A stretch of DNA of 29,626 nt from a virus. Its lineage: Duplodnaviria > Caudoviricetes. Shown in pieces: positions 18,401 to 27,053 of the stretch. The notes beneath the pieces are model-generated. The model did not search any database and was not told the DNA's origin. It was given only the letters and a program-made list of their open reading frames with translations. Every line of letters starts with the position of its first letter. Position 1 is the first letter of the stretch. The translations under genes were made by a program, and so were the position numbers. The stretch covers positions 1-29,626 of IMG/VR virus record IMGVR_UViG_3300027838_000029. One strand, 5' to 3'.

Positions 18401-19547
18401 CGGTTGTTCGTGCCTTATTTAGAGGAATGAATGTTTGGGAAAGAGTACCTATCTCAAATCCACGAACATATGCTTTACCTGGCGAAAGTCCTATTGCAAT
18501 CTTTGAAGAATCTCCACCATCTGCAAGACTATAGACTCCATCATTAAGACCATCATCAAAATGTTCTCTCATATCAATATCAAATCCTTTGACAACATAA
18601 TCACCAGATTCATCAAATGTCCTTCGAGCAAGTGTATCTTCAAGGACTGAGTATTCTGTACCACGAACTTGAGACTGAACCCTTCCCGATTTGACAGTCA
18701 GTAGTTCAATAAAGTCAGCGTCATCAGCAGTACCAAGAGCTTTCTTTGCAAGGGTAAGTGAATATTTTAATCTGTGAGCTCCCTTGGCTGCAAAGTTAGT
18801 ACTTCCAGTTGAATTGTCGAGAAGTCCAGTATTTTCTTCGGGGGTTACTAGGGATTCTGTTACCGAAAATCCAATTCGGTAGGAAGGACTATTAGAATAT
18901 TTGTCTAGGATAATTGTTTGTGTGAGGGCTTGAACAAATGCACCACGAATGTAAAAGATTCCTTTTTGAACACTTGTAGAAGAACCTACTCCTGTGGCAG
19001 CAGAAGCTGCGGTAAGTGCGGCTTGTCCTGCCGCTGGAATAGTAACTGTTGAACCACCTGAAGTATAAGCTATTGATGTATCAGTAGTTAATGATTCACC
19101 ATTACCAAAAACTGTCTTAGTTGTTCCACCAGCAACTGTTCCTGAAGATTCATACTTAACAAATACAGTAAGATCATCAGAACCATCTGCAGCTGAGGTA
19201 TTAATAACTTTTGCAATAACACCAGTAGTTACACCTGTAAGTTTTGTTCCTACTAAACTTGTTCTGAAATTTTCTGCGGTATGTGTAGTTCCACTAACTG
19301 TAAATGTTGTTTGTAATTTCACATAAGAATAGGTAATGTCAAATCCAGTTTGGCCTGGAATTACTACTGCACCTTCTTTGAAAAAGTGAGAACCAATTCT
19401 TTCTATCTGGTTCTGAAGAATAGTCTGCATCTGAGTAAGTTCACGAGCCTGTACTGAATAGGCAGGGCGAAACAATACTCGATGGAATAAACTATCTTCA
19501 CTAAAATCGTCATAATATGGCGAAACATTTAAATCTGTTTTTTGCAT
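12405..19547 (-). CDS. vrlC: Large virion structural protein, VrlC-like / DUF4815 family
   Basis: N-terminal TDLNVSPYYDDF...RVLFRPAYSVQARELTQMQTILQNQIE; TLARRTFDESGDY; RRFTMRDIGKI..RVENLEYY; DRFKNGFIVDNF; DPVAQSF...GVLFKSQNASTW...EDLKF. Confidence 0.88.
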   Translation of the reverse strand: MQKTDLNVSPYYDDFSEDSLFHRVLFRPAYSVQARELTQMQTILQNQIERIGSHFFKEGAVVIPGQTGFDITYSYVKLQTTFTVSGTTHTAENFRTSLVGTKLTGVTTGVIAKVINTSAADGSDDLTVFVKYESSGTVAGGTTKTVFGNGESLTTDTSIAYTSGGSTVTIPAAGQAALTAASAATGVGSSTSVQKGIFYIRGAFVQALTQTIILDKYSNSPSYRIGFSVTESLVTPEENTGLLDNSTGSTNFAAKGAHRLKYSLTLAKKALGTADDADFIELLTVKSGRVQSQVRGTEYSVLEDTLARRTFDESGDYVVKGFDIDMREHFDDGLNDGVYSLADGGDSSKIAIGLSPGKAYVRGFEIGTLSQTFIPLNKARTTAFVQNSATTFSAGNFVVVENVFGTPDITADGNDSKPFKEVQLRDQRMPVTHVKANFNASATTFTVNSSNHMPQTGSFIVQIGTELIKIASASITSISGGEGIATLTVLTGTPTGHGWGGTTPAGHVVDDPVYIWGLDLSQGTRTTDKSRPFSAYAHATAQWAVTPPAKTIGVARTRAFEHLSGTEGTEITGAYTREGKFQHYLFDVRMLAKLTLQDTHKFTATNFLHNGARVKGSSTGATGIVYIAPQDIKLTGQTCTPASVSTGVITTTDTGGLEPGMGISGTNIAADSYIASVDSLTQFTTSVTSGHTASQTTAAIIGNAADSDDGTKLDEGTTFHIIQTTGTFAKGETITSNITGDLATGGTLDATATPTYYGFNETHSIFGVNSQNRSYIADLALRDTKKLTGTVNVSGATGTTYTVQGTNTQFASDLKVGDCFEVAHGTTQALASANKRMTVKKITNNTSLITEEIFGGLGGTTPVQNSIMTRVRAKIEEQEELVMISKLPKQTIKTLKAAELNNKVDTTLKVRRQETKLLQSGVGSVTLPEGESFVSVTDDDYVISVVAESTTASTMKYPVGTMLKPTTDATDECYLNKGAQTITLNLAGGLDTTVKFTYTLKIGTASEKTKTLQPMNTLNITSASGGIWGTNYKDEEITLTKADIFKVRGVYMSADSSTAALAPTMTYSSSSGGNVTSDEIFQAGEKITGNNGSIARIISGGTSGSTTATATFTYLTTKVFTVGTTLTSAQNTFTYILTTTAVTAGDENILSNYQFDSGMRDTFYDIGSITRKSGEAPPSGRLLIVFDYFTHGAGNYFSVDSYPVGTSATSITYDEIPLFSAQRVDPDTISPTGEYDLRDAIDFRPRLGDYNIANVFNTGSFSTTPFSFAMRSSGVTGANGFEASNASLVDVPKTDDTFDASFNYYLPQNAALWLDSEGDFKTVVGAAAENPENPVGLEDAMQIAEFRIPQYTFAPSDVGMRRLKNRRFTMRDIGKISERVENLEYYSQLNMLEKDTESYQIQDADGLDRFKNGFIVDNFTGHSVGNALHPDYSNSMDMANGILRPEFKHRMLTLEENVSTDALRTAAGYQKTGDLLTLPYSEVEMVNQPYASRIENVNPFNVMAWIGSIDLDPSSDIWKDTSRMPNLVINREGNYDSFIARNGGSAVNTVWNEWETFWTGTKSNSVEWRDPSWNNARAVVPFRRVMETTVTTTTSKQSRQGVRTAITPRIDHESKGDRVVSTEILPYCRARTVNFTAKVFKPRTRLFVFFDNVNVTQYVTPTPPYINKYTLSNGAITNSATTITVDSTGLFDTSGSITIDSEIITYTGKSGTTFTGCTRASGAVAHDDNVYVYKTGVAGDPLITGATGKCAGVFNIPDPNISGNPAFKVGERIFRLTSDITNGILSGDTDTAGETTYFAKGLLDNIQETIIATRNASVSSSTLEQGRVVSSTRSSDKQVGWWDPVAQSFLIDVKGGAFVTSVNCYFQSKSETVPLQCQMRTMVNGYPSTTILPFGTASAEPSEVQISEDASLPTLFTFPSPIYLQQDVEYCFVIMANTQDYLIWLSHMGDVEVGGTRTISDQPYAGVLFKSQNASTWSAAQMEDLKFSINRASFSTSSGVVTLQNQAIPSAALGQSPIITIKTKAWIKVRHLNHGMYAGASNYVTISGLSGNVTTSGGAFNITAFNKTYTAGKILEVGIDHYILDVSAELTGSVTFTESKVMGGAIGYATENYMMDTGKVVLQLMEIAGSDVTTKIRTTTGTSASNTEGYSGGNETSFNILAGSSALEVSPNENVDFLVPTMVASQENEDNQMSGNKSFEVLATLSTGVENITPVIDTQRMGMICVQNRINNINVITDLYSGPVTTADSEVFADAYKPKTAAQGDANVAVYITRKISLANSSTSLKVMFDAILFSSAYIDVFYKVLKSDDTTAFDNIEWVLMTIDKGVSESTDYKNFRERTYEVSGLDGFIAFAVKIVMRGTKSTEPPFIKDFRTIALAL

Positions 19548-19555
19548 TTTATTTC

Positions 19556-21334
19556 TTAAAATTCAACAACTAATTTAACATCTTCTGTTTGGTCAGAAGC
19601 TCTACTAATCGGTTTTCTGTTTTCTATATAAATTACATCACCTGAATCTGGTTGTAGTTCAGGATTTGTATATCCACTAACGAATACTGTATTATTGTAT
19701 GTACTACTATTTGCGGTATCTGGAACACCAGTTGCACTTGAGGTAGCACCTGTTATTGTACTGTTACCACTAAAAGGAATCTTCTGTTTGTATGTTGAAT
19801 CAGTTCCTTGATTATCATATGCATTTTGTACATAAAACAAAATATTATTAGTAGTATCATATTCCACAACAACTGCCTGTGGGATGAATGTTGTATAGGT
19901 ATGTGTAGGACTATTTGTACACGTTGTGGAAACATCGACTGCTCTTGTAGATGCAATAGTGTAAGTAAAAGTAGTTGTATTTGTTACAGTAATATGATGT
20001 GTTCCTTGATGTCCATTAGTTGTTGCACTACCGCTGCCTGGAAATGCCCCTCCAATAATTTTTACCATTTGTCCAGTTTTAAGTTTATGAACTGCACTAG
20101 TAACTACAGTCATAACTTGTCCATTTGCAGAAGATACAATTGAAGTAAGAGAAACAGCTGCGATTGTCTGAGAAATCTTTTCATCAACTACAAATGTGCC
20201 TGAATTGCTTGCAAGTTTTATTGCATAAGTTTGTCGTGCTGTTGAACCAGTAAAACTAGAAGTAGTTGCATACGAATATGGATTACGAACAATTCCAAGT
20301 TGTCTAAAATCATTTACTACGGAAAAGTCAAAACCTTCAGTTTGTTGTAGTTTAACATCCATCAAACAAAAATGACCTCCAAGCTCCTTTGCAGGATTGG
20401 AACCATGTCCTCCATCTGGGCCGATGATAACTTCTAATACTGGACTAGTAGTAAAACTTAATACAGAAGATGTTTGTTGAAGAGTATGTTGATCTATAAT
20501 ATCAGCTGCGATAATATTTGCATGAGTATATTTAGTACCATTTGCTGTAACGGCAACAGCAGTTATTGCTCCGCCGGAACTTCCACTACTTCCTCCAATA
20601 GTTACTGTACATAATCCACCAGTACCATCTCCACGAATAGGAACATTTGTTACTGTTCTATCAGCTGCAATAGCCCAAGTTGCACTATTATTCTGTCCAG
20701 TTCCAGCGGTAGTTACTTTGACAATATCTAATCTACCATCTACTAATGCATTACCCGATTCTGGTGTAATGGATACAGGTATGAAATCTGGCGTTAAGAA
20801 ATTCTGAACATTAGTTGTAGTTAAAGTCAACATATATTTCAGAGTATAACTTCCTCCTGTTACTGCGACAGTAAATGGTGAAGAAGCTGTTGATGTTGGT
20901 GCGGCTGCATCCCAAGCAACGCCACCATTATCTAAAACCTTATAGACTCTATATGCAGAAGTTATAAAGTAAAATGTTGAATCAAATAAAGTAGTTGCAC
21001 TTGAGGTTGCAGTATTAGCTGATGAATAATTCGGCCTGTACATATCGTATGTAGTTGCACCTGAAATATCCAAATCTCTGCGTGGGATTGCGTGAGTAAC
21101 ACCTGTGGTATCTATCTTTTTGGCTGCAAGCATATCATCCCAATCATATGCTTCTGACCTACGATTATCTACAGGAGTAGGTGGTGCCGAATCTGTTCCA
21201 CCAGTTGTTGTTGTAGCAAATGCAGAGGGTCTACCAATAAAAAGGTAGTAATTGGTTGCGACAGACTCTGAAAATGATTCTTTAAATTGCTCGGCATTGT
21301 GAAACCTAAATTTTGAAGTAATAATCGCTGCCAT
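19556..21334 (-). CDS. gp8: Baseplate wedge subunit gp8
   Basis: MAAIITSKFR; YYLFIGRP; YDMYRPNYS; YRVYKVLDN; GGHGSNPAKELGG; NDFRQLGIVRNP; SGDVIYIENRKPISRASDQTEDVKLVVEF; follows gp7. Confidence 0.92.
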   Translation of the reverse strand: MAAIITSKFRFHNAEQFKESFSESVATNYYLFIGRPSAFATTTTGGTDSAPPTPVDNRRSEAYDWDDMLAAKKIDTTGVTHAIPRRDLDISGATTYDMYRPNYSSANTATSSATTLFDSTFYFITSAYRVYKVLDNGGVAWDAAAPTSTASSPFTVAVTGGSYTLKYMLTLTTTNVQNFLTPDFIPVSITPESGNALVDGRLDIVKVTTAGTGQNNSATWAIAADRTVTNVPIRGDGTGGLCTVTIGGSSGSSGGAITAVAVTANGTKYTHANIIAADIIDQHTLQQTSSVLSFTTSPVLEVIIGPDGGHGSNPAKELGGHFCLMDVKLQQTEGFDFSVVNDFRQLGIVRNPYSYATTSSFTGSTARQTYAIKLASNSGTFVVDEKISQTIAAVSLTSIVSSANGQVMTVVTSAVHKLKTGQMVKIIGGAFPGSGSATTNGHQGTHHITVTNTTTFTYTIASTRAVDVSTTCTNSPTHTYTTFIPQAVVVEYDTTNNILFYVQNAYDNQGTDSTYKQKIPFSGNSTITGATSSATGVPDTANSSTYNNTVFVSGYTNPELQPDSGDVIYIENRKPISRASDQTEDVKLVVEF

Positions 21335-21365
21335 TTTAAAATCCTTTGTTTAAATCTTGTTAAAA

Positions 21366-21373
21366 TATTTATA
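21366..21373 (-). promoter_or_regulatory. T4-type late promoter TATAAATA
   Basis: Exact consensus in the gp7-gp8 intergenic region, upstream of an AAGGA SD. Confidence 0.85.
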
Positions 21374-21390
21374 AGAGTTATACAACTCTG

Positions 21391-24300
21391 TTATGCTGTT
21401 ATTAGTCTAATATACGAGGGTGGTGGAACATTCCATATCTTTCTTGATTCTAATGGCATCATATTTCCCTCACTCTCTTCATATGCTTCATACGAACCAT
21501 CTTCCATTAGAATACAATCTATATCATCTCCACTATTTTCCATATCTGGTGTTCCAGATTCTCCTACAGTTCTTAATGCTCTTACTGTATCTATTATTCG
21601 TACATCTGCAAAATCTGAAATCCTCATATGTACATCTGATTCATGAGCACCAATCTGAATATTAGTATATTCCATAGTAGTATCATATACACCAGCAGAC
21701 CCTGCATCTACATTGTCTGTTCCTGTTTCTGGTGAACCCCTTCTTATTATATTAGGATATGCATATGAAATATTATTCATCCTTGAAGGAGTAGTGTCTG
21801 CAATTGCTGGTGATGCCCACATATACTTTGTTGCATTTGATTGTCTTGGGCCAAGACCATATCTATTTTTCTGTAAACTTGACCATCCCCCATAAATTGG
21901 ATATACACTTATATCCTTATGGGATCTCATTGTCAGATCCCTTGTTGAATTATCAAACGGAGATATTAATAGTACACTTGCTACAGAACTTAATACTGCT
22001 GGAGTTGCGAGTCCAGCGGCAACCGTAATCTTAAATTGGTCTACTGATATAGGAGTAATCGTAAAGGTCACACCAGTTGCACTAGCTGTAGCTGGATGAG
22101 TTAATACAATCGTACCATTATTACTAGACCCTGCTTGAGTAATAGAATTTACTCTTGTAACATTTGCTGTAATTCCACTACCAGTAATACTATGAAGTGT
22201 CGATGCATTTATATTTGTTGTGGTAATATTAGTAACCGATGTAGAACCACTAGTTGTATTTCCTGTAGCAGTAAATTGTCCAGAAATTGTTTCATAAGTT
22301 CCATTATATCCAGCAGTTGTTACGCCTGTAATTTGAACTAATTCTCCTACCTCAACTCCATGTGGCCCCTTAGTCTCAACTGTTGCAATAGTACCTATTC
22401 TTGTAACTGAATCTATATCTATAGTTAGTGGTGTTTTGTGTCCAACATGATAACCACGTTTCAGAGTACTAGTACCATGATCTGTAGTACCCTTCATTTC
22501 AATTGAACCTAATAGGGTAGTACCATCATCTGCTGTTCCAAGTCTCCTACCAAAAACAGTAGTGATGACTGCCTCAAAGAGACTTGCAAGTTCTGGAGTA
22601 CCAGTAGTAATGCCCGAAACTGGAACGGTAAGTTTCATTTGTACTTTGTTGGTAATACTTACCTCACCAAACATTGCAAAACCAGCTGGATGAACAGACT
22701 TCTTAATCTCTGCTCTCCAATCTTTAATTGCAGCACCAACACGAACCACATATGAAAAATCTTGATAATAGTATGAGTCCTGAATCTTCATTAAAGATTC
22801 ACCAATCTTACCCTTATCATTATTGAACGCCCCAGCAGTTGAACCGACAGTTCCTATTGTTGAAGATAATGTGGATTGAGATGTTTCTGATACTACTGCA
22901 TAATTAGATGCTACTCCCCTTGTAAAAATTTCCCCCTTTATATATGTTCCTTGTGTAATTTTAACAGTAAGAATTTGTCGAGTATTATCCCATGCAGTTA
23001 CTACACCCACAGCATTTGAAGTAGCCCCTGTTATTGTATCTCCAACAGAAAATGCTCCAGCGACTGAAACATCAGTAGGTTCTGCTAATGCTGTGTTTCT
23101 GGTAACAAGAAGTTTTACAGGAACAGTAACAGCTGGTGCAGTAGCATATCCAGTACCAAATTGAGAAACCTCTACACCTGTAACAGAACCAATTCCAGAA
23201 GTTGACCATGCAACAAAGGTAGCATTAGAACCAAGAGTTGTTACGGATGTAGGAACCATTGTAGCTCCACTAGTACTTCCTGTAGTAGTGACAGTTCCGA
23301 AAGTACCAACTGGACTCGCAATATTAATAACGCCTGGAGATACAGCTGCAATAGTTCCTGTTACGCCTCCTGCTTGAGTTATAGTTTCACCAGCTACAAA
23401 ATCTCCAGAAGTAGTAAGTGCATAAGTACCCCATTTCAATCTGAATTTAGTAGGCACAACAGTTGGGATTTTTTCATAACCCGAACCTTTACTGTACATT
23501 ATAATTTTAACAATCTCATCCTTTTCAGCATCTATACTAGAACCATAATATCCATATGCTAAATCGTGAGGCCCATCATCTGGTTGATCTCCCAAATTTT
23601 CAAAAGTATCTGTCTCTAATTGTATTTGAGCTCCAGAGTATGAATCTGTAGCTTCTGTAGCATCTTCAAATATTATATGATCCGTAACGGCTATTCCATA
23701 CTCACTAGCAATAATAAAGGTTGAACCAGTTGCAGTTGATGCAGCTGCATTTGAAACAATAATAGTTCCATTACTACTAGCACCAACAACACTAATAGAA
23801 ACTATAGTTGTGCCAGTTGGGAGACTTCCTCCAGAAATACTTTGTCCTGCATAAAGAGTAGATGTAGTAATACTTGAAATAGAAGTAGTACTATTAGTAT
23901 TTCCTGTTACTGTATGGGAAGTAGTATCTCCTAGTTCTGGTGCAACTGCTCCGCCGATATTAGAAACTATTGCCGATGCTCCAGACCCTTCTGTATTAGA
24001 ATTATTAAAATATAAATAATCACCTATTGCATAACCTGTGCCTGGATTATCAATAACAACTTGATCTACTTCACCAGAACCCACATCCACAATAGAAACT
24101 ACTGCATCTTTACCTATTGAACTTGTAACAGTTACATCATCATCAATAGTATATGCCGAAGCTCCAGATGTTACAGCTGCACCAGTAAGTATAGATTGAA
24201 CAGTTCCAGAAATTGCTACATCGGCATTAGTATTATCAACTCCTGTAATTTCTGCACCTTTAATAAATGTACCAATTATAGAATCTACATTTAATACTAA

Positions 24301-25170
24301 TTGATAAACTGTTGTCTCTCCTTCTTGTAATTGAAGTACAGATTCTACAGTAGCTGTAGCTGTTAATGCATCTAAGGAAACATTTATTGTTTGTGTTACA
24401 GTTTGTCCAACTAAATTATTTGGAGAGTTTGCAGTTGCGACAACTCTGATGACTGTATCGGTAGACCAATCACCTGCTGAAACTTTAAGGAGATTGTCTG
24501 TGGGGTAAAATAGTTCTGGCGTTTCGCCGAACATTAATCTAAAGAATATTTCATGGCCCTTCCTTGAACCTTTTGCTCGGTACAAGTCACGGATACTCTT
24601 TACTAATTTTCTTTTGGATACTCCTGTAGCAAGCGTATTGGGAACAGCTGTAAGATAGGTATTTCGGAATTGGTCAAAGAAATCAGTAATGGTTTTATCA
24701 ATATCAACATACTCTAAAAGTTGTTGAATATTCTGTACTGGATTTCCTTGATACTTGGAAATGGTTGCGGTTGCATCAGAAGTACTACCAACAATTACTT
24801 CACCGACTTGCAGGAATCTATTTGTTTCGACATAAAGAAAACCACTTGCATTATCTTCTGAAAGAATTTCAGCAACTGCACCAGAGGTTTGACCAGTAAC
24901 ATTCTCCCCCTTTATAAATTCACCATATGTAGAATCTTCAAAAACAAACTTAGTTCCATCCTCACCGAGCATGAAATTCTCTGTCAGTTTATTTTCTAAA
25001 AGGATTTGGTCTGAGAGTTGAACATTAGTGAGGGTAATCTTTGAGGCCTCCATAAACTGATAGTACAGTCTTAGGAAGTCCACAAAAACAGGATGATCTG
25101 CCTTTACGAATTCAGGAAATTTATCTTCTATAAAAGATGAAATCTTTTCATCTAAAAAGGTACTCGCCAT
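21391..25170 (-). CDS. gp7: Baseplate wedge initiator gp7-like protein
   Basis: FPEFVKADHPVFVDFLRLYYQFME; IRDLYRAKGS..GHEIFFRLMFGE; KIQDSYYYQDFSYVV; VHPAGFAMFGEV; lies between gp6 and gp8. Confidence 0.85.
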   Translation of the reverse strand: MASTFLDEKISSFIEDKFPEFVKADHPVFVDFLRLYYQFMEASKITLTNVQLSDQILLENKLTENFMLGEDGTKFVFEDSTYGEFIKGENVTGQTSGAVAEILSEDNASGFLYVETNRFLQVGEVIVGSTSDATATISKYQGNPVQNIQQLLEYVDIDKTITDFFDQFRNTYLTAVPNTLATGVSKRKLVKSIRDLYRAKGSRKGHEIFFRLMFGETPELFYPTDNLLKVSAGDWSTDTVIRVVATANSPNNLVGQTVTQTINVSLDALTATATVESVLQLQEGETTVYQLVLNVDSIIGTFIKGAEITGVDNTNADVAISGTVQSILTGAAVTSGASAYTIDDDVTVTSSIGKDAVVSIVDVGSGEVDQVVIDNPGTGYAIGDYLYFNNSNTEGSGASAIVSNIGGAVAPELGDTTSHTVTGNTNSTTSISSITTSTLYAGQSISGGSLPTGTTIVSISVVGASSNGTIIVSNAAASTATGSTFIIASEYGIAVTDHIIFEDATEATDSYSGAQIQLETDTFENLGDQPDDGPHDLAYGYYGSSIDAEKDEIVKIIMYSKGSGYEKIPTVVPTKFRLKWGTYALTTSGDFVAGETITQAGGVTGTIAAVSPGVINIASPVGTFGTVTTTGSTSGATMVPTSVTTLGSNATFVAWSTSGIGSVTGVEVSQFGTGYATAPAVTVPVKLLVTRNTALAEPTDVSVAGAFSVGDTITGATSNAVGVVTAWDNTRQILTVKITQGTYIKGEIFTRGVASNYAVVSETSQSTLSSTIGTVGSTAGAFNNDKGKIGESLMKIQDSYYYQDFSYVVRVGAAIKDWRAEIKKSVHPAGFAMFGEVSITNKVQMKLTVPVSGITTGTPELASLFEAVITTVFGRRLGTADDGTTLLGSIEMKGTTDHGTSTLKRGYHVGHKTPLTIDIDSVTRIGTIATVETKGPHGVEVGELVQITGVTTAGYNGTYETISGQFTATGNTTSGSTSVTNITTTNINASTLHSITGSGITANVTRVNSITQAGSSNNGTIVLTHPATASATGVTFTITPISVDQFKITVAAGLATPAVLSSVASVLLISPFDNSTRDLTMRSHKDISVYPIYGGWSSLQKNRYGLGPRQSNATKYMWASPAIADTTPSRMNNISYAYPNIIRRGSPETGTDNVDAGSAGVYDTTMEYTNIQIGAHESDVHMRISDFADVRIIDTVRALRTVGESGTPDMENSGDDIDCILMEDGSYEAYEESEGNMMPLESRKIWNVPPPSYIRLITA

Positions 25171-25171
25171 A

Positions 25172-27052
25172 TTACGATGTGGTGTAATTGCTTCCTACAG
25201 GAGCAGTTGAACTAGATGTGGTATATCCTACACCAGCAGTTGTACTACCAGCTGCAAACTCATCAACTTCAGCAGTCACCGATGTTGCAACAGTATCTAT
25301 TTCAATAACTTGTTGCCTTACAGGAATGATGTCATTTGAATCTGGTTTGATAGTTACATCTATTGTATTATTAGTATTAGTTGTACCAGTAATATTGAAT
25401 GAGGTCAAAACTATTTCCCCTGTAGTATAATTAATAGTTCCTGCAGCTGCATTTGTAATAGTCTTAGTAGTTCCACCTAAAAGGTAAAAGGTTCTGATAT
25501 TACCATTACCATCATCATCTATAAATTGTTCATTAGTATTTCCAGACAGATGAAAACCAGTAGATTCCACAACTGTTTGTGACCAACCTATTGATGGATG
25601 ATAGGCTGCATTATTATAACTAATAGTATATTTGGTTACTGCTGCCAAAGTTGGAGTAATAATTCTTTTCAGTTTCATTGTTGCAGTACTGGACAAAATG
25701 GAAGCATCTGAATCATCAATACTTCTTAAAAGATTGGAATGTCTGAATACACTATCGAACTTCTGTAGGTTATTTGTATTGAAAGAACTTACTGCTGTCT
25801 CAACCAAAGCCTTAATATCTGATTTAGTTTTTTCTGTCAAGGTAGAATTATATTTAGCGGTTATACCCATAACCAAATACAAAACTTCTGGATCAACTAT
25901 TACTGGTACTATTGAAGCTACATTGTAATTTTTCAGACTAGCAATAATTGAATTTTTAGTTGTAGTGGTTAGGGTTGATCCAGTATTAGGATTAATGGCA
26001 ATATATACTCTTCCATAAATTGGGGGATCATTATCTTCTCCACCCCAACATTGTATAGACTTAATATTAGTATATACTGAAGGGACTATGGATTTGTAAT
26101 CATCTGGTGTTACTGCTCGACCCTGTGATGCATACTTCAATGGAGCATTAAACTTAATAGAGTCAACTGTTTCTGCATCACCTCCACCTGAAGAACTAGC
26201 TGATGCTAAAGCATCAACATTAGAATATCCACCGACTGTTGATGCTGGAGTAAATGTACTTGCACCATCAGCAGTACTTCCACTAGTTACAACATAATCA
26301 AGAATAACAATATTTCCATCAATAGGTTTTTTGCCTACAACTCCGTCACCAAAATATACTTCATATCTTCCTTCTTCTATTTCTTGTAAAAAGTATTTTA
26401 AGGAAGTTGAATTGAGAGTAGCATAATCTGTATTCAAAGCATAAACTTCTGTAGTAATATCACTTGATGATGTTTGTACAGATACAATAACAGAACTTGT
26501 ATCTACCGCTGCTGATGGTATCACAAACTGCTGTTCTAAGTTTGAAGAATTTACAGTATATGTATATCTAATTCTTGTACCTTCATAAATTGAAATTTCA
26601 TTAAACACAAATGTGCCAGTAGTTGAAGTTGCTGTGTGATCCCCAATCGTTACAAATTGATAACTTGTATCATTAACTGAAGTAGTGAAGATTGTTCCTG
26701 CAGCCATAACTAAAGAGGCTTGGGAAGTTGGAACACCTGTAACAGTAATGTCAACAATTGCGGTTGATGCTTTTGCTGATGAGGGTAAGTAACCTAATGA
26801 CTTTGCATGAGAAACGGCACTTGCTCTAGTCAATGCAGTATCAATGAACATTTCATTCGCAAGCATATTTGCATGAAATGCTAAGTAGTGAGTATTGTAT
26901 GCCAAGAGATCCATTAGAACCGACATACCAGACCCTTCAAAATTGTAATCTGTGAATTGTGTTTGTTGTGAAAGAAAAGATTTGAAATTATCTTTAACCG
27001 AATCAAAATCTAAATCGGTAATCTCTATTCTTCCTTTTGAATTTGTAGCCAT
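25172..27052 (-). CDS. gp6: Baseplate wedge subunit gp6
   Basis: LDFDSVK..FK.FL..Q..FTDYNFEGSGMSVLMDLLAYNTHY; YEVYFGDG; ETVDSIKFNAP..YASQGRAVT.DDY; WGGEDNDPP.YGRVYI. Confidence 0.95.
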   Translation of the reverse strand: MATNSKGRIEITDLDFDSVKDNFKSFLSQQTQFTDYNFEGSGMSVLMDLLAYNTHYLAFHANMLANEMFIDTALTRASAVSHAKSLGYLPSSAKASTAIVDITVTGVPTSQASLVMAAGTIFTTSVNDTSYQFVTIGDHTATSTTGTFVFNEISIYEGTRIRYTYTVNSSNLEQQFVIPSAAVDTSSVIVSVQTSSSDITTEVYALNTDYATLNSTSLKYFLQEIEEGRYEVYFGDGVVGKKPIDGNIVILDYVVTSGSTADGASTFTPASTVGGYSNVDALASASSSGGGDAETVDSIKFNAPLKYASQGRAVTPDDYKSIVPSVYTNIKSIQCWGGEDNDPPIYGRVYIAINPNTGSTLTTTTKNSIIASLKNYNVASIVPVIVDPEVLYLVMGITAKYNSTLTEKTKSDIKALVETAVSSFNTNNLQKFDSVFRHSNLLRSIDDSDASILSSTATMKLKRIITPTLAAVTKYTISYNNAAYHPSIGWSQTVVESTGFHLSGNTNEQFIDDDGNGNIRTFYLLGGTTKTITNAAAGTINYTTGEIVLTSFNITGTTNTNNTIDVTIKPDSNDIIPVRQQVIEIDTVATSVTAEVDEFAAGSTTAGVGYTTSSSTAPVGSNYTTS

Positions 27053-27053
27053 A

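Noticed and set aside
21374-21389. Hairpin AGAGTT-ATAC-AACTCT after gp7 as a terminator
   Set aside because: Only a 6-bp AT-rich stem with no immediate U-tract; too weak to call.
8050-23919. Nested modules as inteins or introns
   Set aside because: No Cys/Ser start with His-Asn end splice motifs, no endonuclease motifs, and the reading frames are uninterrupted.
232-25928. Numerous short plus-strand ORFs and alternative-frame minus-strand ORFs in the track
   Set aside because: All lie within long minus-strand structural genes; they are shadows of biased Thr/Gly/Ser codons (e.g. poly-Pro opposite poly-Gly) and show no recognisable motifs.
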